Shown here piece by piece: positions 45,711-55,918 of a stretch of DNA of 64,000 nt. The DNA is from a virus (taxonomy: Duplodnaviria; Caudoviricetes), in the IMG/VR virus record IMGVR_UViG_3300029915_001170, positions 1-64,000 of that record. One strand, written 5' to 3'. The first letter of the stretch is position 1. Each line of letters opens with the position of its first letter. A program made the position numbers and the translations under genes. The notes under the pieces were generated by a model. The model made no database searches. It was not told where the DNA came from and worked only from the letters and a program-made list of their open reading frames with translations.

Positions 45711-47582
45711 CTAAGCTACCGCAGAAGCTACGCGGCGACGATATTGCGCCATTTGTTTAGCAAGAAATTCATTGATCTTTTCTTCAGAGACTGTATCAAA
45801 CTTCCATACCTGCGGCCCGTAGGAGAGAACATCTAGAAGATCAATCAAACCTTTGCGCTGGCCGTACTGCTCTGCTTCTTCTTTGGTTTCGATGCAATTG
45901 TTAGCATCAAGCCAGAGTTCGTGGCGCTCGACAATTGGAATGAAGTTCTCAATGCGCTCAGCTTTGGCATTTGCATTCTGTGGAGTTTTCAAAGGCAGAA
46001 ACTGAATTCCAGCAATCTCTGGGTGAGTATGCTTGTGCTCTTCTACGAAGTAGTTCAGATGATAGAGGAGGAACTTTTGTGCGGCGACTGCTTCCACATA
46101 GACGACGCGAAGCTTCCACTTGATTGCAAAGAAGAAAATCTTTTTTACAAACTCATCAATCGGAGCGGCTTTTGCCCATTGATCGAGGAGATAGATTCTA
46201 CGGGGACTGCGACTTATACCAGTCACAGCGATAGCGTGGCGGCAGCGTCCATCCTTACCGACCTCTTGGCCCATGTGTGCACCGCCGTGGTTTGGATCAA
46301 CAACCATGTAACGGTCAAGGTTTCGTGGGAAGATGTCTTTTTCTACATCGCCGGCGGCAACATGGTGTCGCACCACGATACGATATTGCTGAGGTTGCGT
46401 AGTTTCGAAGAGCCGAGACATTGTCTCAGATTCTTTTGGTATAGCCAGAGCACCAGTTACCTTCTCGAAATGGAAGTAGCGAAAATCCGCCATGTTAAAC
46501 TTAGCCTTAGACGGATCAATAGGATAATTAAGAAACTGACAGGAGAAGTGATAGCTACCCAAACGACGCTTCCAGCGAAGGAGTTTTTCTCTTGTGAAAG
46601 CTTCCGGAAAAATCGGCTGGCCAAAAGAGTGCAAAGCACAGCAGCCACCAAGAGCACTATGCGTAGTCCAACTGAAGTATGGCTCTTCTTGGCGAATGTG
46701 CGAGTTGAGATCATCATGACTCCAGCGATTTCCTACTACTATCTCATCAAAGTCTCTACCAGGATTATTCGGGTCATTGTCTGTTGCGCCTACGAGGATT
46801 TGGTGGTAGTCAATGGTATCAGCCATGACAATCGAACTCTTACGGGCTTCTCTTCCAACAAGATCATCCTGTACGACGACGTTGTAGTGCCGCGACTGAA
46901 GAGCAGCACCGACACCAATGAAGTCAAAGGTTCCTTCACCTTGACCACGGCCAATGGGAGTGCGCCGCTGATGGAGAGACTCATTTGTCCACGTCTCCTT
47001 TTCTGTTGGCATAATCTCAGGAAAGAGATGGCGAAAGAAGGCGTTGTTCTCGTAATGGTTTGAGATACGGATGCCGAGCTTAATGGCGTTCTTGATGGTT
47101 TCTGAGACAAGTAGAATGCGAATGTCTTGTGAATGTGTACGGCGCATCCACTCAATATAGAGGTCGGTGTAGCCAACACTGGTAAAGAAGTCTTCCTCAC
47201 GGTGGCCGAAGGGCAAAGCGCGCCAGATTGGAAAGCACTCAGAGTATACTGTGGACTTGAAGTGATCGCGCGGTATCTCAATGCCTTCTTTGAGGCCATC
47301 CTTCATGACCGTGAGACACATTTGATAATGCAGATTGTGAGCTTTATCCGGATTCTTTGAAAATCGGTCCTTGCCCATTACGATAGTGCTGAAATAGTAC
47401 AAGTCCATCAAAGAATTCGCACGATAGATTTGCTTTTTCTCTGTCGGAGATTTTGCAATTTCTGTAGGTATGAGATTATATCCGAGAACTGTAGACCGCG
47501 GCACAAAGGTATCTCCGATCTCTCCTACCTCAAGAGACCGGAGTATATCCCGCACACGTTGGTTTGTTTCTCGTTCGCTCAA
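45711..47582 (-). CDS. terL: Terminase large subunit
   Basis: Walker A variant PRDHFKST, SRHY...QDDLVG, GNRW..DD, FSCQFLNYP, VVDP, VEAVAAQ, DLLDVLS. Confidence 0.9.
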   Translation of the reverse strand: MSERETNQRVRDILRSLEVGEIGDTFVPRSTVLGYNLIPTEIAKSPTEKKQIYRANSLMDLYYFSTIVMGKDRFSKNPDKAHNLHYQMCLTVMKDGLKEGIEIPRDHFKSTVYSECFPIWRALPFGHREEDFFTSVGYTDLYIEWMRRTHSQDIRILLVSETIKNAIKLGIRISNHYENNAFFRHLFPEIMPTEKETWTNESLHQRRTPIGRGQGEGTFDFIGVGAALQSRHYNVVVQDDLVGREARKSSIVMADTIDYHQILVGATDNDPNNPGRDFDEIVVGNRWSHDDLNSHIRQEEPYFSWTTHSALGGCCALHSFGQPIFPEAFTREKLLRWKRRLGSYHFSCQFLNYPIDPSKAKFNMADFRYFHFEKVTGALAIPKESETMSRLFETTQPQQYRIVVRHHVAAGDVEKDIFPRNLDRYMVVDPNHGGAHMGQEVGKDGRCRHAIAVTGISRSPRRIYLLDQWAKAAPIDEFVKKIFFFAIKWKLRVVYVEAVAAQKFLLYHLNYFVEEHKHTHPEIAGIQFLPLKTPQNANAKAERIENFIPIVERHELWLDANNCIETKEEAEQYGQRKGLIDLLDVLSYGPQVWKFDTVSEEKINEFLAKQMAQYRRRVASAVA

Positions 47583-47597
47583 GCAGAAACCGCTTTC

Positions 47598-48032
47598 TTA
47601 GAGAGCTGAAGAGGTAATAGGTGTAGACACAGTGGAAGCAGAGACTTTATTTGCTACTGTCGATGCTGCTGTTCCTGTGGTGGTTGATGCCGGAATCGCA
47701 TTCAGCGTTGCTACTACAGCATTTGCCCAAGCTGTCACATTGGCAGGCGTAGCAGAAATGCCGGCTGATTTTGCATAATCAGCATAATCAGATTCAATTG
47801 AGGCCACAACCAAGGCCAGTTTCTGTGCGCCGCTACCGCTTTGTGCACCTGCAGCGATTGCAGCATTCTCTGCATTGATAGCAGCGGTGACAGTGAGGTT
47901 ATACAGTGAGGCGATACCAGGAAAAGCCACGTCTACAATTGGCTCTGCAACCTGAGCTACCTTGGTGGCTCCTGTGAAGAACACCTCGAAAGCATGTCCA
48001 ACTTCTGAGAGAATCGTGTTAATGTTTGCCAT
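47598..48032 (-). CDS. Ala-rich protein, LL-H holin-like motif
   Basis: AE......GSGAQKLALV. Confidence 0.4.
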   Translation of the reverse strand: MANINTILSEVGHAFEVFFTGATKVAQVAEPIVDVAFPGIASLYNLTVTAAINAENAAIAAGAQSGSGAQKLALVVASIESDYADYAKSAGISATPANVTAWANAVVATLNAIPASTTTGTAASTVANKVSASTVSTPITSSAL

Positions 48033-48213
48033 CTCTACTCCTTGCGCAAACGCTATGGGGTTTGCAGTCGGTGAGTCCTGCGTTAGAACTGAATTGCGCG
48101 GTATTAGGGTATGTCTGTTGTCATTACTTCAGCCCAGTATGGCCACTCAAAACAATGAGAACCAAAAACCGGACTGAAAACATCACGTCGATGTTTCATC
48201 GAAAGGCCCATTC

Positions 48214-49023
48214 TTAATTCACTGGTCCTTCCATAGAAAGTGCTTCTAGCATCGCTGCTTCGGCTTCTAGCTTATCGAGAGCTGATTGTTGATCTACCTG
48301 TGAGAGCGTGTGGGAGTTTGAGAACTCGTTGTTTACTTCTACTGCGGCGGCCGCATGGATTGGCGTAGCAGGTGCTGCGATGCCACGAATGGTGTTAATG
48401 ATACTACGAGAAGCTTCGTCCATCCGCTCAAAATCAAACGCATCAACAGGCTTGATCTCTGCACGAGATACCTTGGCGAATGTTCCTTCGCGATCCATGA
48501 TATCACGAGCAACATCAACCTGATGCTTACGCTCTGTGATTGTGGTTGCTTTCGCGTTGAGTTCATTCGCCAAAACTTGAAAAGCCGATGGGAGAAGTTG
48601 TGCTAGCATCTCCTTACGCTGGCTTTTTATGAGATCAAGCTGTGATTCGGCATCTATGATGATGCCGTGGGTGATTTGCATTCGGACTTTGAGATAGTCG
48701 GGAGAGGATTTTATGCTTTGGAGTCGCCGCAGAGAGATTGTAAGCATTGCGGCGGCAGCAATCTCGGGAATGCCAGCATTTTCCAGACGCGCCATAGTTT
48801 CGAGGCGCTTTAGAGTACGAAAGTGATGTTTAGCATCTGGCTTCCGTGCGAGCCTGTTTGTGGATGAGAGTGCGCCGCCATAGTGTAAGGTGGTCGTTGT
48901 TGAGGAAACTGGACCGGCCGGCGCCGCCGCAGACACAGTAGATGCGCTGCTCGTGGTAGCTGAGGCACTTACGGCGGCCGCGCCGCTGGCTTTTGAGAAG
49001 TTTAGTTTACTTACAAGCGTCAT
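48214..49023 (-). CDS. Probable terminase small subunit
   Basis: HTH-like segment plus VARDIMDREG; upstream of terL. Confidence 0.55.
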   Translation of the reverse strand: MTLVSKLNFSKASGAAAVSASATTSSASTVSAAAPAGPVSSTTTTLHYGGALSSTNRLARKPDAKHHFRTLKRLETMARLENAGIPEIAAAAMLTISLRRLQSIKSSPDYLKVRMQITHGIIIDAESQLDLIKSQRKEMLAQLLPSAFQVLANELNAKATTITERKHQVDVARDIMDREGTFAKVSRAEIKPVDAFDFERMDEASRSIINTIRGIAAPATPIHAAAAVEVNNEFSNSHTLSQVDQQSALDKLEAEAAMLEALSMEGPVN

Positions 49024-49230
49024 CTAAATATCATCCTTTTGTGCCACCGCCAGCGCGGCGCTAGCGCCTCCGGCGCTTCTCGCAGACCCAAAGGGCGACG
49101 GAGCCGCCGCTGTGAGCACGCCTGGCTGATTCTCAAAGTACCGTCTCAGCATACGCCGAAGCGGACTTCTATCAGTACGCTCGGAGCATGTATACACTTC
49201 TGCTGCGACGCCGCTGTTGGGATTGCTCAT
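49024..49230 (-). CDS. Small hypothetical protein, likely leaderless
   Basis: ATG 6 nt below the -10 box. Confidence 0.45.
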   Translation of the reverse strand: MSNPNSGVAAEVYTCSERTDRSPLRRMLRRYFENQPGVLTAAAPSPFGSARSAGGASAALAVAQKDDI

Positions 49231-49236
49231 GCTTCA

Positions 49237-49265
49237 AGGTTACACCTACTGCACGGCGCTGTCAA
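49237..49265 (-). promoter_or_regulatory. Leftward sigma70-type promoter
   Basis: TTGACA-17-TAACCT. Confidence 0.6.
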
Positions 49266-49579
49266 GCTCGAAAGTGGTATTTTCAAGGCCAAAATTACCT
49301 ACTCTGTGGCAGCATACACCCACCGGCCACCGGTCCCGGCGCTCCGCCACTACTGCTGCTGTAGCCGTTGCTTGCTGCTACCGCTGCTTCGCCGCCGCTA
49401 CCGCTGCTGCCGCTTGCTGCTGCTCAGCACCTTGAGAATATTCTTATAATGTACATTGCTATTTTCAAAAAAGTTGAAAAAATTAGTAGCGGTGTCCCCC
49501 TCGTTTTCTATTCGCGTTTGAGATTTTTTAGGCGGAGCCTGTATAGACAACTAGAGGGATGGACAACTAGGGCACAAGC

Positions 49580-49609
49580 GTTATAGCATAGGCGGCTTGC
49601 GGCTGTCAA
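49580..49609 (-). promoter_or_regulatory. Leftward sigma70-type promoter
   Basis: TTGACA-18-TATAAC, with TGc extension. Confidence 0.5.
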
Positions 49610-50053
49610 GTAGCATAGGCGTTAATAGCAAAGTAGTACATTCAAGAAAGCATAACAGGGACTATGAAAGAGTGTAGAGTGCAAGTTGTTGATAGCATTG
49701 GAGTTAGCATGAGCAAGCGTACAGATGTGCGTAGGCGCATATGTTATTGCGTAGGCGCGCCTGTGAATAAGCTGTGCATAACCTAAGCGGCTGTTGATTC
49801 TAAAAGACTTAGGGCGGCCATGCCGCCGCGCGGAGTTTGGCACGTTAATTGCTATATATAGGATGTAAGGCCAAGGCCATACGGAACACACAGAGAACCT
49901 GAGTATTTGACAATTGATTCACAAGTGTAGAGTATGGCAGGGTTAGCAGTATCGCTTAGGCCGTCAGAGCTACACGCACAGTGAGTAACCCTGTGCAAGC
50001 TGTATTCAGTGTATGGCTTGCACAGGGTTAACCCTGTAAAGGAGAAACATCCA

Positions 50054-50590
50054 ATGAGTAACAACACAATCGCCGATCAATTGAGCAACACAGCCGTAAC
50101 AGCAACAGCAACAGCGGTCAAGGCTCCAACCGCGCCGGTAACACCAGCAACGTTTAATCCTATGGACACACTGAGTGAGCGGCAGCGTATAGCGCTCGCG
50201 GGCAAGTGGGCAGCAATGAAGGAATCAGAACGTGACCTTTACGCTGAGCATATTGCCACCGGCATTACAGACAGCGCTACGCTGTACTGCATTGCCACAA
50301 TCACCACTGAAGCAAACAATCGGATTTTCAGCGAGAGTCGCCCGATATACCTTGCGACGTTGCTGCAATGGTATCTGGCACTCACGTCCACCGAGGATGC
50401 AATTAAGAAGTTTGCACAGCAACAACTTCAGAAGCTAGGAGACGAGACAAGTGGTTCACAGCAACTAACGCTGCTTTCCGCCGTAAAAAGCCGCCTTCTG
50501 GAGAAACGTACATTCCTGCCAGAAGCAACAGACAAGGCATTCCGCGCGCTGTGCAGGTTCTACGGGTTTGATGCAAACATGGTGAAGTAA
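50054..50590 (+). CDS. Early hypothetical protein
   Basis: AAGGAG RBS before MSNNTIA. Confidence 0.7.
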   Translation: MSNNTIADQLSNTAVTATATAVKAPTAPVTPATFNPMDTLSERQRIALAGKWAAMKESERDLYAEHIATGITDSATLYCIATITTEANNRIFSESRPIYLATLLQWYLALTSTEDAIKKFAQQQLQKLGDETSGSQQLTLLSAVKSRLLEKRTFLPEATDKAFRALCRFYGFDANMVK

Positions 50591-50611
50591 GCGGCTCCGC
50601 CGCGAAGCGCC

Positions 50612-50651
50612 AAAGCAGCATAGAGCAGCATTCTTGCTCTATGCTGCTTTT
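50612..50651 (+). terminator. Intrinsic terminator
   Basis: AAAGCAGCATAGAGCA/TGCTCTATGCTGCTTT(T). Confidence 0.7.
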
Positions 50652-51133
50652 GCACGTTTGTTTCTTGGCGTGCAGTGCTATTTGTGGACTCTCTCTAGGA
50701 CACTTCTCTCTCTCGGCGGAGGCATGGGGCCTGGGAAGAGCTAGCCCTTGGGGATGCGCTTTGTTTTCAGACACTTACGGGTTGGTTAGGTAGTGCTATG
50801 CAAGTGACAACGCCCCCGGAGGCAAGGCTTCGCGCCGCGAGGCAGGCCACTCATGCACGTCCAAAGAACATGCTTTCACGTAGCGCGAGCGAAGCTTGTA
50901 GTAGTATATTTTTATATATAATTCTCTCTTTGTTGTGTTGTTGATTAAAATATATATAATCTTATGAAGGGTGCGTATGTACCGAGAAGTGAAGAAAGTT
51001 ATGCTTTGGATGTGCAAGGGCGGCGGCACAGTCGCAGGCAGGCGCCCGGCACGGTGGGTGGTGACATTTGGGTATGACTACCCAACCATGCCGTAAGTCG
51101 TTGAAAACATGCGACATGTCGCAAGGCTGAAAC

Positions 51134-51162
51134 TTGACAGGCCCCATGCCTAGGTGTATCAT
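51134..51162 (+). promoter_or_regulatory. Sigma70-type promoter
   Basis: TTGACA-17-TATCAT. Confidence 0.75.
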
Positions 51163-51195
51163 ATCCCTAGTGACCAAAAGAAGGGCGAGAAAACA

Positions 51196-51678
51196 ATGAG
51201 TTTTGGAAAAGCAATACAAAACACAAATGCAACGGCGCTAGGTGAGTTTTCTCTAGCGTCGATTGAATTTAGAGCAGCATGTAAGAGATTTACAAACATA
51301 CGTTTGATGATGGATAGACCAGATGCATCAGATGCTGAGCTAGCAACGTATGATCGTGCACGTAGGGTATACAAGGTAGCATGTAAAGTCTACAATGCGG
51401 CGCGAGGAAAGTATATCTCTGCGATTCGACAGGTAACAATTGAGGCTCCGAATCCAACAAATGAAGAACTGTACTTGTTGGCTTCAGAGACAAATCGGCA
51501 GTCGTTAGCAGAAGCAGCTAAAACAGCTCTCATTGCTGATAGCATCACCAAAGAAGAATGGGAAGAAGCAGAGAAATTCAAGCGTGAGCGCGAAGAACGT
51601 GCAAGCGCAAAACGAGAGTTTCTCGCCAACTCAGAAGATCCTACGTTTGGAGATTTTGAACCTTTAGGAGACAGCTGA
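51196..51678 (+). CDS. Early hypothetical protein
   Basis: ORF below the promoter. Confidence 0.65.
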   Translation: MSFGKAIQNTNATALGEFSLASIEFRAACKRFTNIRLMMDRPDASDAELATYDRARRVYKVACKVYNAARGKYISAIRQVTIEAPNPTNEELYLLASETNRQSLAEAAKTALIADSITKEEWEEAEKFKREREERASAKREFLANSEDPTFGDFEPLGDS

Positions 51679-51868
51679 TGCAGAATCAAAAAAGGTGCTT
51701 GTGTGGTATCAATCAGCATTCTTTAGCAACCGGCAGACTTGCTCTGCCATAGCCGCTCGGATATTAGAGCCGGATAAAGACCTGATCTTTGCAGTGTGGT
51801 CACACCTCGCGAAGATTGACCGGATGAGCGGCTATGGGAGCGCAAGATGCTCCAGATTCGAGGAATCA

Positions 51869-52087
51869 ATGACAATTGTGAAGCTGAAAACCACGCCTGA
51901 GACGCACAAGAGGCTGCACGAGTTTGGCACCACAATCGTGCAGCTTCTGCTCGACGAGCTTGAGCAGATGCAAATCAAGGAAGATGCGCTGTTAGAGACG
52001 CTGAAATCCGTAGCAAACTGCATAAACGAGCGCGAGGATGTTCGGCTTGCCGATAAACTCATCCGCGAAATTGAGGAATCACGATGA
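51869..52087 (+). CDS. Small hypothetical protein
   Basis: GAGGA RBS before MTIVKLK. Confidence 0.55.
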   Translation: MTIVKLKTTPETHKRLHEFGTTIVQLLLDELEQMQIKEDALLETLKSVANCINEREDVRLADKLIREIEESR

Positions 52088-52418
52088 TGCTTTATAGCTT
52101 TGTACTATATCTGCTTCTCACATTCACCGGCGGCGGCGTAGCCGCAGGCGGGCACTTGAATCGGTTACAGCATCTTCCACGGCCGATTGCACATCCAATT
52201 GTGTCGGTGGGGCAGCGGTAACCAACAGCCGACGACAACAGCAACAATCAGCGTAGCTGCTGGTACGTACGCGAGAGCTTTTTATGCTCTCTAGGAAGCA
52301 TCGGTAAGCCATAGCTTACTGCGCTAGTATTGAGGATATAAAGTTCCAATGCGCTATCCTTCGATGCTTCCTAGAGAGTGTAAGCAGCAAAATTAACACT
52401 CTATAAGGAGAACACACA

Positions 52419-53144
52419 ATGGCCAGATGGTTGTACAAATTGACAGACCAGAATGGGAATACCTTTGGTGACACCCACTGGGAAGAAGGAACCAAACACT
52501 CAATCGAACCAGAGCTTAGAGATACCTCTAAACCTCTTTGCACCAAGCATTATCTTCATGCTTACGAAAACCCTTTTGTAGCTGTGTTCAGAAATTCAGC
52601 AGATGCAAATATCAAGGACCCAATTCTATGGCGTGCGTCTGGTTGGGTATCGAAACGCGCAGGGCAACTCAAATGCGGGTGCTTCTCTCTGATAACGCAT
52701 GAGAAGCTTGAACTTCCAATACTCACAGTTGAACAGAGAATCGCAATAGCGATCTATTGTGCCTTGGAAACTTACCTAGAGCAGGAGTTTGTTAGCTGGG
52801 CTAAGAGATGGTTAAGTGGCGAAGACAGAACTGCTGATGCTGCTGATGCTGCTGCTTATGCTGCTTATACTGCTGCTGCTGCTGCTGCTGATGCTGCTGA
52901 TGCTTATGCTGCTTATACTGCTGCTGATATTGCTGCTGGTGCTGCTGATGCTGCTGCTTATGCTGCTTATGCTGCTTCTGCTGCTACTTATGCTGCTGAT
53001 GCTAATGCTGCTTATGCTGCTTATACTACTTATGCTGTTGCTACTGCTGCTTGTGCTGCTTATGCTGCTTCTCTCGACCTTATCAAAATCATCAACAAAG
53101 TCCTAAAGACGAAAAACCTCTCTTTTTGTAAGGAGAACACATAA
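52419..53144 (+). CDS. Hypothetical phage protein with an Ala/Tyr/Asp low-complexity tract
   Basis: AAGGAG RBS; LC..YLHAY..P, WAKRWLSGEDR. Confidence 0.75.
   Translation: MARWLYKLTDQNGNTFGDTHWEEGTKHSIEPELRDTSKPLCTKHYLHAYENPFVAVFRNSADANIKDPILWRASGWVSKRAGQLKCGCFSLITHEKLELPILTVEQRIAIAIYCALETYLEQEFVSWAKRWLSGEDRTADAADAAAYAAYTAAAAAADAADAYAAYTAADIAAGAADAAAYAAYAASAATYAADANAAYAAYTTYAVATAACAAYAASLDLIKIINKVLKTKNLSFCKENT
52830..53070 (+). repeat. GCT/GAT/TAT codon microsatellite
   Basis: About 80 consecutive codons, all ending in T. Confidence 0.85.
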
Positions 53145-53332
53145 TGCCGACACCGGGATATAGTTTCCTTGAAGACTCAGACCTACACCAGCGACGGAAT
53201 GAGTTTTGCACTCTCACCTCGCTGTCAGCAAGAAACGAGGAGCTTCTAGACATGCTTCTTCAGCTAGTGTATGTTTGCGGACAAGCAAAAGCAATCACAA
53301 CACTCAGAAAGGATTTCGCACAATATGAATAA
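53144..53332 (+). CDS. Small hypothetical protein
   Basis: AAGGAG RBS. Confidence 0.6.
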   Translation: MPTPGYSFLEDSDLHQRRNEFCTLTSLSARNEELLDMLLQLVYVCGQAKAITTLRKDFAQYE

Positions 53333-53546
53333 CTCAGCTTCCCCAGAACCTCTCGCTAACTCCGCAATGCCATACACCGCAGGAGTACGAAAGCGCGCTT
53401 CGAGCTTAGCTCTTCTACGACCGCTTTCTTTGGAGCACCGCAATGCCTACATCGAAAGCATTCACGGAAACCTTATCCGGCGGTATGCTAAAACCTCCAA
53501 GCGCGCACGAAAACAAGCTGCTGTCGCAGCGCGAAAGGCGGCATAG
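53325..53546 (+). CDS. Small basic hypothetical protein
   Basis: Overlapping start; AAGGA upstream. Confidence 0.45.
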   Translation: MNNSASPEPLANSAMPYTAGVRKRASSLALLRPLSLEHRNAYIESIHGNLIRRYAKTSKRARKQAAVAARKAA

Positions 53547-53547
53547 C

Positions 53548-53658
53548 ATGTTCCATCTCGATGAGGACACAATCGAGGAGCTGCAAGACTTCGCAATCGG
53601 CGCAGTGGCAATTGCGTGCAGTTTTATTGTGGGGCTGCTGCTTCTCGTAATGTTCTAG
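53548..53658 (+). CDS. Small C-terminally anchored membrane protein
   Basis: MFHLDEDTIEELQDFAIGAVAIACSFIVGLLLLVMF. Confidence 0.5.
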   Translation: MFHLDEDTIEELQDFAIGAVAIACSFIVGLLLLVMF

Positions 53659-53932
53659 CCGGCGGCTTCACCGTCACCAAAGGTTTATAAAAGGAACCGC
53701 GGAGCCATACACGTTACGTACTTCCTACAACTCCGTGGTTCCTATATAACCTTTGCACGCGGCGGTCTTGCCGCCGGCCTGTACACGAGTAGAGTCTTAG
53801 TATAGAGAACGCGGGTTCTTTTAGCTGCTGTTAGATTGGTGACTGTGAAGGCAGTCTTAATGAGGAACGCCAATCAGCAGCAGCTAAAAGAACCAACGCT
53901 CTAACAGCAACACCATACAAGGAGAAACCAAA

Positions 53933-54511
53933 ATGCAAGATGAGAAATCCACCTCCACCAGAGGGCCTGAAAACATGCCAACAATCGCAGAAGCTTTCAA
54001 GCCTTCAAGCTTTAACACACTCAACAGTAACGGTCGCATGATTCATGCGATGGATGACATTTCAAATGCAATGGTCGAGTATCTAGAAAAAAGCAAGTCT
54101 CTTCTCTCTGACGAGTCAAGCTTCGATAAGGAAGAAATTGCGAAAATCTACTATCTCACAGGAGTTGAGCATGCAACTTCAATCATTGTGCGATACATGC
54201 TCAGCGAGTTAGCCTCACCAAAAACCTGCAATCCGCTAGAACAACTCACCATAGCCACACCTTCCGAAAATCGTTTCGTAAACGCTGGTATCGTAGCGTT
54301 GAATGCGCTTCTCACGTACCACAACGCTGCGCACTTATGCTTAGGCATTGGGACTAGCGAGGACTTTTTTGATTGGCCTGACGAGAAAGTAGTAGCCTTT
54401 CTTGAACAGCACTGTCACGCTACAGAGGATGTACTTGCTAAGCTATACAAGTACATTCCAGAGGTCGTGCCTACCACGTCCACCGATGCTACTCCAGACA
54501 CCGTAAACTAA
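53933..54511 (+). CDS. Hypothetical protein
   Basis: AAGGAG RBS. Confidence 0.7.
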   Translation: MQDEKSTSTRGPENMPTIAEAFKPSSFNTLNSNGRMIHAMDDISNAMVEYLEKSKSLLSDESSFDKEEIAKIYYLTGVEHATSIIVRYMLSELASPKTCNPLEQLTIATPSENRFVNAGIVALNALLTYHNAAHLCLGIGTSEDFFDWPDEKVVAFLEQHCHATEDVLAKLYKYIPEVVPTTSTDATPDTVN

Positions 54512-54554
54512 CCGAAAAACCGCTCTAAGAGGTTGAATTTGGGCCTCTTAGGGC

Positions 54555-54583
54555 TTGACATCCCGGCATCGCCGGTGTATCCT
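54555..54583 (+). promoter_or_regulatory. Sigma70-type promoter
   Basis: TTGACA-17-TATCCT. Confidence 0.7.
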
Positions 54584-54604
54584 AAGACTAGGAGAACCAG
54601 TCCA

Positions 54605-54865
54605 ATGGCCATACAAACAACGCCCATCGCTACTTTAAGCTTCCCACGAGAAGTTGAAATAACAATTACACTTCGCTTGAAGATTCGAGATCAAGAAGAA
54701 CTAGATGCATGGGTTGATCCGACCACCAACACACTATCTCTCGGTGCTAAAGCCGATCTTTTCAGCATTATTGAAGATGCTACAAACGCGGAGATTTTAG
54801 CTGTTAATGGCGCAACAAAGGAACAGCTTCAACTCGCTCTCTCCATAGTAGCCGACCACTACTAA
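54605..54865 (+). CDS. Hypothetical protein
   Basis: AGGAG RBS before MAIQTTP. Confidence 0.6.
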   Translation: MAIQTTPIATLSFPREVEITITLRLKIRDQEELDAWVDPTTNTLSLGAKADLFSIIEDATNAEILAVNGATKEQLQLALSIVADHY

Positions 54866-55119
54866 CTTGCACAGAAACTTCGCCGCATAGAGCCTCCACA
54901 GCATTTTTCGCAAGCTAGACTTGCGGTGCGCTCTATAGGATAGCTCGAAGCAGGGACTCTTGGAGTATGGTTTTCTGGCGATCGCCATACTCATTCTCCT
55001 CCCTTTCCGAGCTATCCTATAGAGTACATGCGCCACCTCGGCGCTATCCCATCGGGAATACTCAACCCCTCCGTCAAGGAGAGAATGCAACACGCGCTAG
55101 CGCGCAAAAGGAGCACCAA

Positions 55120-55689
55120 ATGGCAAATGAAGTGGAGCAGGCTGGAACGATTAGCACTGAGAAGTCAACCTATCGTTCCTATGTGAAGTACGAGTCCGAT
55201 GCAAGCGGCAAAACCATTGTGAAGGAGATTCAGACCAAAGCCGGCGCGCAAAAGCTGGACAAGGACACTGGCCTTCCCACCAATTGGGCAGAACTGGAAA
55301 AGGCTGGATATACGCTTTTCAACGAGAATGAATTCATCCGTTATACGGTGAAGAGCATCGAAGCGGCACAGTTGCTTGTACCGGACGAAACCCAGTTCAT
55401 CTACATCTTCCAGAGCGGTTTGAACTATCTTCAGAATGCAAAGTCCAATGCCTTCATGAAGTCTCAGAAGGAAGGCGAGCCGGAGCCGACGCCGGAGTAC
55501 AATCAGGATGTCATCGACCTGAAGGATGCAATCAACGAGCCTCCCACTCGCAAGTCTCTGTCGGATATTGAAAAGCTTGTCCGGCAACTTACTGCTATGG
55601 GCATTCCGGCAGACCGGCAGGAAGCTGTGCTGGCTGCGTTGCTTGCTTCTAGTCCGGTGGCGGAAGCGGAAGATCTGACCGAGGGGTAA
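55120..55689 (+). CDS. Hypothetical protein, probably highly expressed
   Basis: AAGGAG RBS before MANEVEQ; codon usage biased to C/G-ending codons. Confidence 0.75.
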   Translation: MANEVEQAGTISTEKSTYRSYVKYESDASGKTIVKEIQTKAGAQKLDKDTGLPTNWAELEKAGYTLFNENEFIRYTVKSIEAAQLLVPDETQFIYIFQSGLNYLQNAKSNAFMKSQKEGEPEPTPEYNQDVIDLKDAINEPPTRKSLSDIEKLVRQLTAMGIPADRQEAVLAALLASSPVAEAEDLTEG

Positions 55690-55876
55690 GGCGACTCTGC
55701 TATAGCATCAATCAATGTGAGTATGTGCAAACCAGCCATGCTCACACGGCTCCATAGACAAGCCTTTTCGTGGCGGAGCTATCAAGCATCGAAGCAACAA
55801 GAATCGTACTGCTATGATGCCTACTAATTGTCTATCGCGCGTCGCCACTGTAGGCGACCTCGACTGAAAACGGGAT

Positions 55877-55918
55877 GGGCAACCAGCAAAAGCGGATCGG
55901 CTGGTTGCCCGATTTTTT
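55877..55918 (+). terminator. Intrinsic terminator
   Basis: GGGCAACCAGC/GCTGGTTGCCC followed by GATTTTTT. Confidence 0.6.

Noticed and set aside
45921-47063. 380-aa antisense ORF within terL, and the similar 13473-14060 ORF within clpX
   Set aside because: Antisense shadows with no recognisable motifs or RBS
49340-49430. GCA/GCT-rich low-complexity stretch as a coding or regulatory repeat
   Set aside because: No consistent unit or convincing ORF
52816-53106. Poly-Leu/Met ORF
   Set aside because: Alternative-frame shadow of the GCT/GAT microsatellite
53840-53875. Canonical hammerhead ribozyme
   Set aside because: Lacks the exact CUGAnGA...GAAA core and stem II; kept only as a generic structured-RNA candidate
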